A DNA stretch of 64,000 bases from Acidobacteriota bacterium (GCA_029263295.1 JAJCXT010000008.1:3825-67824), one strand, 5' to 3'. Counted from the stretch's first letter, positions 27,244 to 37,163 are shown. Notes: a model not told the origin generated them from the letters alone. Program-made: numbers and translations.

Positions 27244-28683
27244 GTGAAGACCGCGGGTGTCAGTCGCAACACTCGTTTTGTGGGAATCGGGGTGTGCTGC
27301 GTGCTCGCGGCAGCCCTTTGGGCGGGCCGCAGCGAGGCCCAAAGCTCGCTGGCTGGCACATGGCGGGGCGACCTGAACACGCCAGCGGGCGCGTTGACCC
27401 TGGTGCTGTCTTTGGATGGGAGCTCCGGCGGGACGATTGCTGTGCCCGCCCGGGGCGTCGCGGGGATTCCCGTCACCGACGTGACCATCCGCGAAGACGG
27501 ATCCTTGGAATTCCAGGTGCCTGCTGACCTGTCGGCATTCGAAGGTCAACTCCGCGGTAGCACCCTGATCATCGGCGAGTGGATCCAGGCAGGTCAGCGA
27601 ATCCCGATCCAATTCGAGCGGACGAGCGAAACGCTGGCGCAACCTGTTGTCCGCCCGCGCCATCAGACGCCAAAGCCGCCGCACCCCTATGCGGTGCAGG
27701 AAGTTGTCGTGGCCGGAGAAGTGCCGTTGGCGTGCACGCTCACTCGTCCACACGGCTCCGAGTATCCCGTCGCCGGCGCGGTGCTTCTCACCGTCGCCGG
27801 GCCGAACGACCGGGACCAGACCCATAGCGGACACAAACCCTACATGGTTCTGGCGGACAACCTGACCAGGCGAGGGTTGGCCGTCCTCCGGTGCGACGAC
27901 CGAGGAGTAGGAGGGTCCGGCGACGAACTCCTGCCAACACCGATCGAGGGAATGGTCGCCGACGCCCGCGCGATGGCCGAGTATCTCGCGGACCTGGACG
28001 GCATCGGTCCTGTCGGGATTATCGGGAACAGCGAAGGTTCCGTCGTCGGTGCCATAGCAGCCGCCAATGGTGACGCCGCATTCGTTGTATTGCTGGGCGG
28101 AGTGGGAACGCGCGGCGATGATGTGATTCGCGAACGACTGCTGGACATGGCGTCCCGCTCCGGCCTCTCCGAGGACGAAGCGGATACTCTGATCGCCCCG
28201 TTCGATGCCCTCGTGAGCGTGGTTCTCGAGGCGGGTGGGGTCGGCGCGAGCGAACTCGAACGAACAGACCCGGCTCTCTATGCCCGGCTGGCGGACATCG
28301 CCGCCACCCCAGGCGTGGCTGATCCCTTCCTCCCTGCCGATGTGGAAGACCGCATAGCGCTGTTTGCCGGTTCCTGGTACCACGCCCAGGTATCGCTCGA
28401 TGGGGGCGCCATACTGGCGCAAGTCCAGGTCCCGGTACTCGCGCTCACGGGCAGCAAGGACAGAACCAACCTCGCGAGTCAGAATCTGCCTGCCATTCGC
28501 AGTGCGCTCGTCCGTGCAAGGAACCCGGACTTCGAAGTGATCGAGGTCCCCGGCCTGAACCACGTGTTCCAGACCGCTGTCGAGGGAGGGATCGCAGAGT
28601 ATGGACAGCTCGACGAGAGTTTCTCTCCGATAGCCCTGCAGCTAATCGGAGACTGGATCATAGAGCGGTTCGGCGACGAGTAG
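27244..28683 (+). CDS. Secreted alpha/beta-fold hydrolase (S9/S15-like)
   Basis: Signal peptide; GPNDRD; LRCDDRGVGGSG; nucleophile elbow GNSEG; GSKD; GLNHVFQ. Confidence 0.85.
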   Translation: MKTAGVSRNTRFVGIGVCCVLAAALWAGRSEAQSSLAGTWRGDLNTPAGALTLVLSLDGSSGGTIAVPARGVAGIPVTDVTIREDGSLEFQVPADLSAFEGQLRGSTLIIGEWIQAGQRIPIQFERTSETLAQPVVRPRHQTPKPPHPYAVQEVVVAGEVPLACTLTRPHGSEYPVAGAVLLTVAGPNDRDQTHSGHKPYMVLADNLTRRGLAVLRCDDRGVGGSGDELLPTPIEGMVADARAMAEYLADLDGIGPVGIIGNSEGSVVGAIAAANGDAAFVVLLGGVGTRGDDVIRERLLDMASRSGLSEDEADTLIAPFDALVSVVLEAGGVGASELERTDPALYARLADIAATPGVADPFLPADVEDRIALFAGSWYHAQVSLDGGAILAQVQVPVLALTGSKDRTNLASQNLPAIRSALVRARNPDFEVIEVPGLNHVFQTAVEGGIAEYGQLDESFSPIALQLIGDWIIERFGDE

Positions 28684-28978
28684 CGCGGCACCATCCCGAG
28701 TTCGCCGGGGGTGGCGACAGATCGGCCTAGGCACTCCCGGTGCGCGCGCTGCAACTATGGCGCATGGCGGCGAAGCCAAGCCGAGTGAGGCAGTTCGTCC
28801 CCAGGGAAGGCAGCCTGGGGCCGTAGACCCACCGCAGTTCGTCTTCGTTCTGTGGGCCAGCACACTACGCCATCGACGAATCCCTTGACATCGACGCGTG
28901 GCGTGGCGCAGCTTGCGGCAACTGTGCGCCCGTATCCGCACGCGCGGTGACCACCCGGACACCAGAAAGGGAGCGACC

Positions 28979-29854
28979 ATGCGACCACAGCGCCAACAAC
29001 GCGACTTCCCGATCCGATTCACTAGCGAGCGAAACGTTCGTCTACTGGCTTACTTCTTCGTAACGCTGCTCCTTCTGCACGGAGGTATAGCAGACGCGCA
29101 GGAACGCGGACGCGCCCGCACGACCAATGGGAGCGCCCACATCGAGCATGCCGGCGAGGACGACCCGGATGACCTTGGCTGCGGTCGCGGTTGCGTCGCG
29201 CCGCTGGCCAATACGCTAGACACATACTTCGACAAGTGGGCGAAAGCCTACAAGAAGATCACCAAGAACGCCGAGCTCAAGAGCAAGCTGACCAGGGCCA
29301 CGGATGTCCTGAGAGACGCAGCGAACACGGGCGACTTCTGCACCGTCGACGGCGTCCTGAAAGGCCTGACCGCCGGGATCGCTGGGGCCCAAGAGAACGG
29401 CATCCTCAAGAAGAACAAGAAAAAGGTGTCCGCCGCACTTGCTGCGTTGACGAATATGGGGAGGGCAGCCGCGGTGACTGGTCCCCCACCGGTACCGGTG
29501 TTCCCCCCCCCACCCGTCGGCATGTGCACTGTGGACCTTTACGCCCAGATGTCGAGTGGTGAGTTGGCCGCCCCTGTCGGCGATTCCGTCATCACCTTTC
29601 CGAGGCTCGCTTCGGTCCAACTCGTGGCGGAGGGCAAGCCCGCGGGCGGCACCTATGCGTGGTCCTTCAAGTACACGACGCCCGCGCTCGAGGACGGAGT
29701 TCTGGCCACCAACGCGTCCTTCGTAGGGATGGGGTCGTCGGCCCGGTGGACCAGTGTCGCGAGGAGGACCATCGTCGTGACCGTCACCTACACCTGCCCG
29801 CCTGGATACAGCCCGGCGACGGTAACGGACGACATCACCCTCCGAGTCCGCTAG
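28979..29854 (+). CDS. Hypothetical exported protein (helical domain, Pro linker, Ig-like domain)
   Basis: AAAGGGAG RBS; hydrophobic signal segment; Lys-rich helical region, PPPVPVFPPPP linker, beta-rich C-terminus. Confidence 0.65.
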   Translation: MRPQRQQRDFPIRFTSERNVRLLAYFFVTLLLLHGGIADAQERGRARTTNGSAHIEHAGEDDPDDLGCGRGCVAPLANTLDTYFDKWAKAYKKITKNAELKSKLTRATDVLRDAANTGDFCTVDGVLKGLTAGIAGAQENGILKKNKKKVSAALAALTNMGRAAAVTGPPPVPVFPPPPVGMCTVDLYAQMSSGELAAPVGDSVITFPRLASVQLVAEGKPAGGTYAWSFKYTTPALEDGVLATNASFVGMGSSARWTSVARRTIVVTVTYTCPPGYSPATVTDDITLRVR

Positions 29855-29978
29855 GCGATAAGGGCGACCACTCCGGGGCCTCGGCCTCGGGCTGGTCGCC
29901 GACGTCATCGCCGGAGGGCACAGGAAGCGGTAGCATGATGGGTGCCCGCTACCGCGTGAACCTCCCACTCGATGACGA

Positions 29979-31082
29979 ATGACGAATTCTGAAGGCGACC
30001 TGCAAGCAAATGCCCATGCCGCGCGTGAGGCGCTCGATGCCCACGTGCGCGAGATCGTAGCCTGGCACTTCGATCCGGCAACCGGATGCCCCTTCTGGCT
30101 CGACTGGGCCGCAGGAGCGGACTGGGACCCGCGCGTAGAGATCCAGGGGTTCGACGACCTGAGCAAGTTCGGACTGTTCGAGGACGAGGCTCTGCGCGGC
30201 GGACCCGTGCGCCGCTGGGTTCCCAAGGCCTATGCCGACCGCCCGATCTACACGTTCGAGACCGGTGGCACCACAGGAACGCCCAAGTCGCGAATCAGCG
30301 TCGACGACTTCCGCATCGACTACGAGATGTTCGCCGATAACCTGCCCGACGAGTACTTCCCCCGTGGGGCCAACTGGCTGATGCTCGGACCGAGCGGCCC
30401 GCGACGGTTGCGGCTCGCGGTGGAGCATCTGGCGCAGTACCGCGGCGGCATCAGCTTCTGTGTGGATCTCGATCCCCGCTGGGTGATCAAGCTCATCAAG
30501 AAAGGCTGGACCGAGCACCTGGAGGCGTACCAGGAACACGTCGTCGACCAGGCCGTCACGATCCTCCAGGCAGGGCACGACGTGCGCTGCATGTTCACGA
30601 CCCCGAAGCTGCTTGAAGCGCTGGCACTGCGCCTCGATGACATGGACACCACTCTCCACGAGATCGGTATCACCGGCATCTTCTCGGGGGGCACGGAATT
30701 CACGCCGCAGTGGAATCGCTTCGCCCACGAGGAACTCCTCGACGGCGCCTACATGACGCCAACCTCCGGCACCACCCTCATGGGCCTGGCCGCGAGTTCG
30801 CCCAGCACCCCCGAGAACGGCTACAAGATCACCTACTACGCACCGCAGCCGCGCGCCGTCATCCAGGTCGTCGACCCCGACGACCCGGACACGCTCGTCG
30901 ACTACGGCACGACCGGGCGCGTGAAGCTGACGACTCTGACCAAGGAGTTCTTCATGCCCGCCTTCCTGGAGCGCGACGAGGGCGAGCGCGAGATGCCCTA
31001 CGCGGCGTATCCGTGGGATGGCGTGAGTGGAGTGCGGCCCTTCGCGAAGTTCGCCAAATCGACCACCGTGGGCGTGTACTAG
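29979..31082 (+). CDS. Short ANL-superfamily adenylating enzyme, EhpF/GriC-like
   Basis: WHFDPATGCPFW N-terminus; P-loop FETGGTTGTPK; LGPSGP; DLDPRWV; LERD. At 367 aa it lacks the usual C-terminal ANL subdomain. Confidence 0.75.
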   Translation: MTNSEGDLQANAHAAREALDAHVREIVAWHFDPATGCPFWLDWAAGADWDPRVEIQGFDDLSKFGLFEDEALRGGPVRRWVPKAYADRPIYTFETGGTTGTPKSRISVDDFRIDYEMFADNLPDEYFPRGANWLMLGPSGPRRLRLAVEHLAQYRGGISFCVDLDPRWVIKLIKKGWTEHLEAYQEHVVDQAVTILQAGHDVRCMFTTPKLLEALALRLDDMDTTLHEIGITGIFSGGTEFTPQWNRFAHEELLDGAYMTPTSGTTLMGLAASSPSTPENGYKITYYAPQPRAVIQVVDPDDPDTLVDYGTTGRVKLTTLTKEFFMPAFLERDEGEREMPYAAYPWDGVSGVRPFAKFAKSTTVGVY

Positions 31083-31145
31083 GAGGGGGGATTCCCTCCG
31101 GTAGCCCGGGAGTACCAACGCGATGATCCACTCGGAGTTGCTGTT

Positions 31146-32564
31146 TTGATTCACTTTCCGGCCCTTCGTTGGGGCAAGCCGTACGAGAGCCTCGAGACCG
31201 AGGAAGTCCTTCACTTCGCCACCGGCGAGCCGATCGCCAGAGTGAGCCAGGCCAACCCGGGCATCGTGGCCCGTGACCTGCGCAAAGCGCAGAAAGCGCG
31301 CAACGCACTGCGCGCGGTGCCTGCCGTCGAACTTCTGGAGCGAGTGCGGAAGGCGGCCGATCTGTTCATGACCGCGGACTTGCCGCTCGGCGATGGGACT
31401 CAGTCGCCCGAGGACTTCGTGCGTCAGCAGTCGGCGACAACGGGCCTATCCGAGCACATGGCGCGGATGAATATGGACAAGCTGCGCTTCGTCCTCGAAC
31501 ATCTCGACGAGATCCTCGACTCGCTCACCCGCGGACTCGATCTGGAGATCCTCACGCGCGGCTACGGCGAAGAGAGCGGCCTGATGCGTTCCTACCAGGC
31601 CACCACACCGGCGCTGGGCATGGTGCTGCCCTCGAACTCGCCTGGCGTCCACACCCTATGGCTGCCGGTCATCCCGATGCAGATCGGCCTGGTGCTCAAA
31701 CCCGGCCCGCAGGAGCCATGGACCCCATGGCGCATGGCGCAGGCCTTCTTCGCGGCCGGCGTGCCGTCCGAGTCCATCTCGATCTATCCGGGCGGCGCCG
31801 ATGTCGGCGCTGCCGTGCTCAAGAACACGCCACGAAGTCTGATCTTCGGCGGATTGCCGACGGTCAACGCCTATCGCGGCAATCCCGGCGTGCAGGTGCA
31901 CGGCCCCGGCTTCAGCAAGATCCTCATCGGCGAGGACTGCGTCGATGATTGGGAACAGCACCTCGACCTGATGGTCGACTCCGTACTGGTGAACTCGGGC
32001 CGATCTTGCATCAACTGCTCCGGGATCTGGGCGCCACGTCACACGCGCGAGATCGCGGCCGCTCTGGCTGAGCGTCTCGCCGGGGTCGAGGCGCTACCGC
32101 CCGACAACGACGCCGCACAACTGGCTGCCTTCACGGTGAAGGGGCAGGCTGAGGCCATCAACGGGGACATCGACGAAACACTCAAGACACCGGGCGCCGA
32201 GGACATGACCGCCGCTTTCCGAAGCGCAGATCGTTGGGTGGAGCAGGAACTCTGCGACTACATGCTGCCGACGATCGTCCACTGCGACTCACCGGAGCAC
32301 CCGATGGCAGCCAAGGAATACATGTTCCCGTTCGCCACGGTCGTGCAGTGTCCGCAGGACAAGATGATCGGCGCCATCGGCGACACGCTGGTCGGCACGG
32401 GCATCACCAACGACGACGCCTTCCGCCAGCAACTTCTGGACGCGGGCAATATCGACCGCCTGAACCTGGGGCCGGTGCCGACGATCAGCCTCAACTGGCT
32501 GCAGCCACACGAAGGCAACATCGTCGACTTCCTGTACCGCGCACGAGCCTTCCAACAGGGCTAG
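31146..32564 (+). CDS. Aldehyde dehydrogenase-fold protein, EhpG/GriD-like (acyl reductase)
   Basis: PSNSPGVH, LKPG, HGPGFSK, NSGRSCINCS (catalytic Cys), EYMFPF, PHEGN. Confidence 0.8.
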   Translation: MIHFPALRWGKPYESLETEEVLHFATGEPIARVSQANPGIVARDLRKAQKARNALRAVPAVELLERVRKAADLFMTADLPLGDGTQSPEDFVRQQSATTGLSEHMARMNMDKLRFVLEHLDEILDSLTRGLDLEILTRGYGEESGLMRSYQATTPALGMVLPSNSPGVHTLWLPVIPMQIGLVLKPGPQEPWTPWRMAQAFFAAGVPSESISIYPGGADVGAAVLKNTPRSLIFGGLPTVNAYRGNPGVQVHGPGFSKILIGEDCVDDWEQHLDLMVDSVLVNSGRSCINCSGIWAPRHTREIAAALAERLAGVEALPPDNDAAQLAAFTVKGQAEAINGDIDETLKTPGAEDMTAAFRSADRWVEQELCDYMLPTIVHCDSPEHPMAAKEYMFPFATVVQCPQDKMIGAIGDTLVGTGITNDDAFRQQLLDAGNIDRLNLGPVPTISLNWLQPHEGNIVDFLYRARAFQQG

Positions 32565-32577
32565 GAGTACCGAGAGA

Positions 32578-32684
32578 GGAAGCGCGGGGAGAACGTTGTT
32601 CGAGCGCCCCGCGGTTGTTTGTGTCGGTAGTGGGACCTTGGTAGGGCGGCGAAGGGCGTCTCACAACATCCTCCCCGCGCTTCC
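32578..32684. repeat. Inverted-repeat element 1 (22-bp arms, 2 mismatches)
   Basis: 32578-32599 pairs with 32663-32684. Confidence 0.75.
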
Positions 32685-32739
32685 AGGTACCACCGTGCCG
32701 TGGTACCCGCGCCCGGTCCCGGCCATGCTCAGTGGAACG

Positions 32740-32845
32740 GGGGCGCCGCACACATAGTGCATGCGAGCGCCCTTCGCTGCCTGGGCGCTCCGCAACCTCG
32801 CAACACCGAGCGGGGCGGCCGCATGCACTATGTGTGCGGCGCCCC
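32740..32845. repeat. Inverted-repeat element 2 (perfect 26-bp arms)
   Basis: GGGGCGCCGCACACATAGTGCATGCG (32740-32765) and its exact reverse complement (32820-32845). Confidence 0.85.
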
Positions 32846-32855
32846 TGCTCGGAAA

Positions 32856-35800
32856 CTAGTTGCTGGTGTTGGCGGCGATCGTCTGCAGGTACCCGTGCAG
32901 TTCAGCCGCCAGTTCCTCGTAGCGCGCTTTCATGTCGCCACTCGGGCGCTGGTCCGCGCTCTGGATGTTGAAGTACAGGTACTGGAGCTGGTCGACCAGC
33001 ATTGGCGGCGAGTACCGCGGGCCGGTGGTGATCATGGCGTCGTGGACAGCCTGAAGCGCCTTCGGCAGCGTTCCGCCGTTGGCCTCACTGATCGCCTCGA
33101 GATCGACCACCGCGTGCTGGGCTGCGCTGTAGGCGTCGCGTACGCGTTTGACGAACTCCGCCTGCACCGTGACATCGGCGACACCGATGCCTTCGCTTGC
33201 TACGCGGGGATCCATCGTTACCTCGAAGTCGTGCGACAGCCGTACGTCGTCGATCATCAAGGTCGCCGTGTAGGTGCCTGGCGGCACCAGCGGACCGCCT
33301 TGGCCGGAACGGCGTTCGTTCGCGGCCCAGGGGCCCGCGTAGCGCAGGTCCCAGGTGAAGCGGTGCATGCCCACGGCGGCTGGCAAGTTCGGGGTGCCGA
33401 TGGCAGCCATCTGCCACTCCCGCATGCCCGGCTCCGCGTCCTCGATGACCTGGCCAAGGTCTTCGCTGCTGAAGGCCCGCACGAGCTCGCCGTCGGCCGC
33501 GCGAATCTCGAGTTGAACAGCCGCTGAAGGGACGGCCTCGAGGTAGTAGTCGATGTTGGCACCGCCGGCCGGATACTGCGGATCGGCCGGGCCCGGGGCG
33601 CGGAAGAAGAATCCGCGGCCGCGTGTCCGTACCGCGTCGCTGACCGGGTACAGATGCGCCAGCCCGGCGATGTTGTCCGCGTCGCGAATGGGCGACACGT
33701 CGTACAGAATCCAGAAGCCCCGGCCCATGGTCGAGAGCACGAGATCGTCACCGACGACCTTGATGTCGCTCACCGGCGTCGCTGGCAAGTTCAGCTGCAA
33801 CGACTGCCAGTTGGCGCCGTCATCAAACGATACGAACATGCCGAACTCGGTGCCGGCGTAGAGCAGCCCCCGGCGCGTCGGATCTTCACGCACCACACGT
33901 ACCGGATGGTCACCCGGAATGCCGTTGTCGCCGGACGTGAGCAACGTCCAACTGGTGCCATAGTCAGCGGTCTTGAAGGCGTAGGGAGCGAAGTCGCCCA
34001 CCTGGTAGCGCATGATGGTGGCGTAGGCCGTGCCCGCATCGTGCGGCGAAACCTCGATGTTCTGCACTCGGCCGTGCGGCCCGATGCCGGGCGGGGTGAC
34101 GTCGGTCCAGTTGGCGCCGCCATCGCGCGTCACGTGGATCGGACCGTCGTTGGCTCCAGCCCAGATCACGCCGGGCTCGTGCGGCGACTCCTGCACGTCG
34201 TACAGGGTGGAGAAATGTTCCTCGCCCGTAACATCCAACGTGATCGGCGAGCCCGAGATGACCTGCGTCTCCGGATCGAAGGCGGTGAGATCCGGCGAGA
34301 TCGTCTGCCAGGTCAGGCCGCCGTCTTCGGTCATGTGCACATACTGTGAACCGTGGTACACGCGCACCGGGCTGTGCGGCGATACCGCGATCGGCGAGAC
34401 CCGCTGGAAACGGTAGGCCAGGTCCTTGGGATTACGCCCGTAGATGTTCCAGTAGCCGACGTAGTTCTGCTGCTCCTGGCCGGTGCGCCGGTTGTAGAAC
34501 CCGAAGCGACCCTTGCAATTGGCGTAGACGATGTCGGGGTCGCCAGGCTTGGGCACCGCGGGACCGGTCTCGCATCCGCCGTGGGACTCCCAGTACGCGG
34601 CGGGGCCGCCAGGTCGACCGCTCAGCGCCCGGCTCGGTACCGAGATCGTCGAGTTGTCCTGCTGTCCCGCGAATAGCCGATACGGATACTCGTCGGAGAT
34701 GTCTACCTGGTATAGCTCGGCGGTGGGTTGGTTGCTCTGTGTCGACCAGGTCGCGCCGGCGTCGCGCGTAACGTTGGCGCCGCCATCGTTGGCCTGCACC
34801 CAGACCATCGGGTTGTCCGGGTTGATCCAGAGGTCATGGTTGTCGCCGTGCGGTACTCGCCTCGACTGCCAATTCTGGCCGCCGTCGGTGGACTCGTAGA
34901 AGCCCTCGGCCATTCCCCAGATGGTGTCCGGATCGACCGGATGAGCATGCAGGTTGGTGTAGTAGAAGGGACGATTGCGGATCGGCTGGAAGTCCGTGAC
35001 CTGGCTCCAGCTGTTGCCGCGATCATCCGACCGATACACGCCACCCTGCTCTTCAGGCGCCTCGATCAACACGTAGACACGATCAGGATCGCCGGCCGAA
35101 ACCGCCAGGTCTGCCTTGCCACGGAGTCCCGTCGGCAGACCGTCCGTCAGCTGTTCCCAGCTGTCACCGCCGTTGGTGGTACGGAAGACACCGCCTTCCA
35201 TGCCGCCCGAGAGAATCGTCCAGGGCTTACGTTCCGCTTCCCACATGGTGGCGTAGATACGGCGCGGGTCGTCGGGGGCGAACTCGAGATCCACAGCGCC
35301 GGTCTTGTTCGAGACATGCAGCACCAGTTCCCACGTACCGCCGCCGTCCTCGGTTCGGTAGACGCCGCGTTCCGGGTTGGGCGCGAAAGGGTTGCCTATC
35401 GCTGCCACGTACACGAGATCCGGGTTGTCTGGATGGATCAGCACCGCGCCACTATTGCCCGTGTTCTCCAGGCCGACGTGCTCCCAGCTGGTCCCCGCGT
35501 CCGTCGACTTGTAGACACCCTTACCGATAATCACGTTGCTGCGCAGGCCGTCCGATCCGGTGGCCACATAGACGATGTCGGGGTCGGACTCCGCCACGGC
35601 AATCGCGCCGATCGAACCTGTGGCGAAGAAGCCGTCGGAGATCGGCCTCCAGTTCTGTCCGTAGTCCGTCGTCTTCCAGAGCCCGCCGCCGGTGGCTCCC
35701 ATGTAGAAGGTCCCGGGCTGGGCGCGGTGCCCTGCTACTGAGGTAACGCGACCGCCGCGAGAGGGGCCCACCATGTTGTACTGGAGCGCCCCGAAGCGGG

Positions 35801-35918
35801 CCGGCGGCACAACGCCGAGGTCCATTTCCTGGGCCAGCGGCCCGGGCCCGGTCGGCACTGCCGCGAGCGGCGCGAGAAGGGCGACGAGGGCGAGCAGGCC
35901 GAGAGCACGATTCTTCAC
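32856..35918 (-). CDS. Secreted VPS10/BNR-repeat beta-propeller protein (glycosyl hydrolase-like)
   Basis: GAAGGAG RBS and GTG 35918; signal peptide; GPSRGGRV; many Asp-box repeats (KTTDYGQNW, KSTDAGTSW, RSDDRGNSW); HGDNHDLWINP; C-terminal FlgD-like domain. Confidence 0.88.
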   Translation of the reverse strand: MKNRALGLLALVALLAPLAAVPTGPGPLAQEMDLGVVPPARFGALQYNMVGPSRGGRVTSVAGHRAQPGTFYMGATGGGLWKTTDYGQNWRPISDGFFATGSIGAIAVAESDPDIVYVATGSDGLRSNVIIGKGVYKSTDAGTSWEHVGLENTGNSGAVLIHPDNPDLVYVAAIGNPFAPNPERGVYRTEDGGGTWELVLHVSNKTGAVDLEFAPDDPRRIYATMWEAERKPWTILSGGMEGGVFRTTNGGDSWEQLTDGLPTGLRGKADLAVSAGDPDRVYVLIEAPEEQGGVYRSDDRGNSWSQVTDFQPIRNRPFYYTNLHAHPVDPDTIWGMAEGFYESTDGGQNWQSRRVPHGDNHDLWINPDNPMVWVQANDGGANVTRDAGATWSTQSNQPTAELYQVDISDEYPYRLFAGQQDNSTISVPSRALSGRPGGPAAYWESHGGCETGPAVPKPGDPDIVYANCKGRFGFYNRRTGQEQQNYVGYWNIYGRNPKDLAYRFQRVSPIAVSPHSPVRVYHGSQYVHMTEDGGLTWQTISPDLTAFDPETQVISGSPITLDVTGEEHFSTLYDVQESPHEPGVIWAGANDGPIHVTRDGGANWTDVTPPGIGPHGRVQNIEVSPHDAGTAYATIMRYQVGDFAPYAFKTADYGTSWTLLTSGDNGIPGDHPVRVVREDPTRRGLLYAGTEFGMFVSFDDGANWQSLQLNLPATPVSDIKVVGDDLVLSTMGRGFWILYDVSPIRDADNIAGLAHLYPVSDAVRTRGRGFFFRAPGPADPQYPAGGANIDYYLEAVPSAAVQLEIRAADGELVRAFSSEDLGQVIEDAEPGMREWQMAAIGTPNLPAAVGMHRFTWDLRYAGPWAANERRSGQGGPLVPPGTYTATLMIDDVRLSHDFEVTMDPRVASEGIGVADVTVQAEFVKRVRDAYSAAQHAVVDLEAISEANGGTLPKALQAVHDAMITTGPRYSPPMLVDQLQYLYFNIQSADQRPSGDMKARYEELAAELHGYLQTIAANTSN

Positions 35919-36005
35919 TTGGGCGTCTCCTTCGAAGGGTGGTTCGGCGCATTCTGCCACGGCCCGGCCATCGAGGCGGCGGCGGGGCGGCACGCGGAAG
36001 GTGCG

Positions 36006-37163
36006 CTATGTGCGAGCGAGCACAGCGGTGGCGATGCCGGCATACCCGCGACATGCGCTGGCGAGCTCGTCGAGTTCGATGTACTCGTCGATGACGTGGG
36101 CGAGTTCCTCGTGCGACGGCCCAAAACCGATCGTCGGGATGCCCGCGTAACCCGCGCTGTAGGCGCCGTTGGTGCAGAACTGGTAACTGCTGAATACCGG
36201 ATCGAGACCCGCGGAGCGCAGCCCTGCCAGCGCCTTCTGCACCAGCTCGGAATCCTCTTCCATCTGCCAGGGTGCGAACCACTTCGGCTCGCGCCAGTGC
36301 ACACCGGTGTACGAGGTGTAGTCGGTAAGCGCGAACTCGATCTCGGTTTCGGGGTGGCCCGCCCGTTCACACGCATCGTGCATGGCGGCCGTCACGTCTT
36401 CCTGCGTCTCACCCGGCAGCAGGCGCCGCTCGTAGGTTGCGCGGCATGCGCTCGGCACGACGGAGTGCGCCGGGTGGGGAATCGAGATGATGTCAGTGAG
36501 GCACATGACGCCCTCGCCAACGAATGCATCGTTCGCCATGGGCAGCCGCTCGACCTCTTCGATCACCGCCCGCATCACGTGCACCGCATTCACGCCACGG
36601 TGAGGGCTCGACGCGTGCGCCGGAGTGCCTCGCGTCGTGATCACGAATTCCGCGCGACCGCGCCCGGCGCGGACAAGGTTGAGGCTCGATGCTTCGCCGA
36701 TAACGACGAAGTCGGCGCCCTGCCGTTGCATCACGGCGCGCAGCGCCGCCCCCTCGATCAATTCCTCGCCCACCGAGGCCGAGACCACGATGCGGCCAGC
36801 CAACGTCTCACGATCCAGCATCCCCGCGGCGTGAACCATCGCGGCGAGAGCCCCTTTCATGTCGCTGCTGCCGCGGCCGTACAGCCTCCCGCCCATCACT
36901 TCGCCCCCGAATGGGTCGTGGCTCCACTCGCCCCGCGGCATCACGTCGACGGTGTCCATGTGCGCGTCGAACAACAGCGTCGGGCCCTCCGCCACCCCCG
37001 CAAGGACACCCACCGCGTTACCGGCTTCGTCCAGATCAACCTCGTCGAATCCCAGGAGCCGCATCTCCGCCAGCACACGCTCGGCCACGCGATGCTCGTC
37101 ACCGAGCACGCTCGGGAGCCGCACAAGATCACGGGTAAAGCTGATGAGAGCGTCGTTATCCAC
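36006..37163 (-). CDS. M20/DapE/ArgE family metallo-hydrolase (YgeY-like)
   Basis: DAHMDTV, GRGSSDMKG, VGEE, IGEAS, AHAS, FCTNG, GFGP..AHVIDE. Confidence 0.85.
   Translation of the reverse strand: MDNDALISFTRDLVRLPSVLGDEHRVAERVLAEMRLLGFDEVDLDEAGNAVGVLAGVAEGPTLLFDAHMDTVDVMPRGEWSHDPFGGEVMGGRLYGRGSSDMKGALAAMVHAAGMLDRETLAGRIVVSASVGEELIEGAALRAVMQRQGADFVVIGEASSLNLVRAGRGRAEFVITTRGTPAHASSPHRGVNAVHVMRAVIEEVERLPMANDAFVGEGVMCLTDIISIPHPAHSVVPSACRATYERRLLPGETQEDVTAAMHDACERAGHPETEIEFALTDYTSYTGVHWREPKWFAPWQMEEDSELVQKALAGLRSAGLDPVFSSYQFCTNGAYSAGYAGIPTIGFGPSHEELAHVIDEYIELDELASACRGYAGIATAVLART

Noticed and set aside
28690-28900. Hairpins and a repeated GCAGTTCGTC upstream of the orphan gene
   Set aside because: Short stems consistent with chance in GC-rich DNA; no recognisable RNA motif.
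32578-32845. Integron attC sites
   Set aside because: No RYYYAAC/GTTRRRY ends, no integrase, and the flanking genes are convergent.
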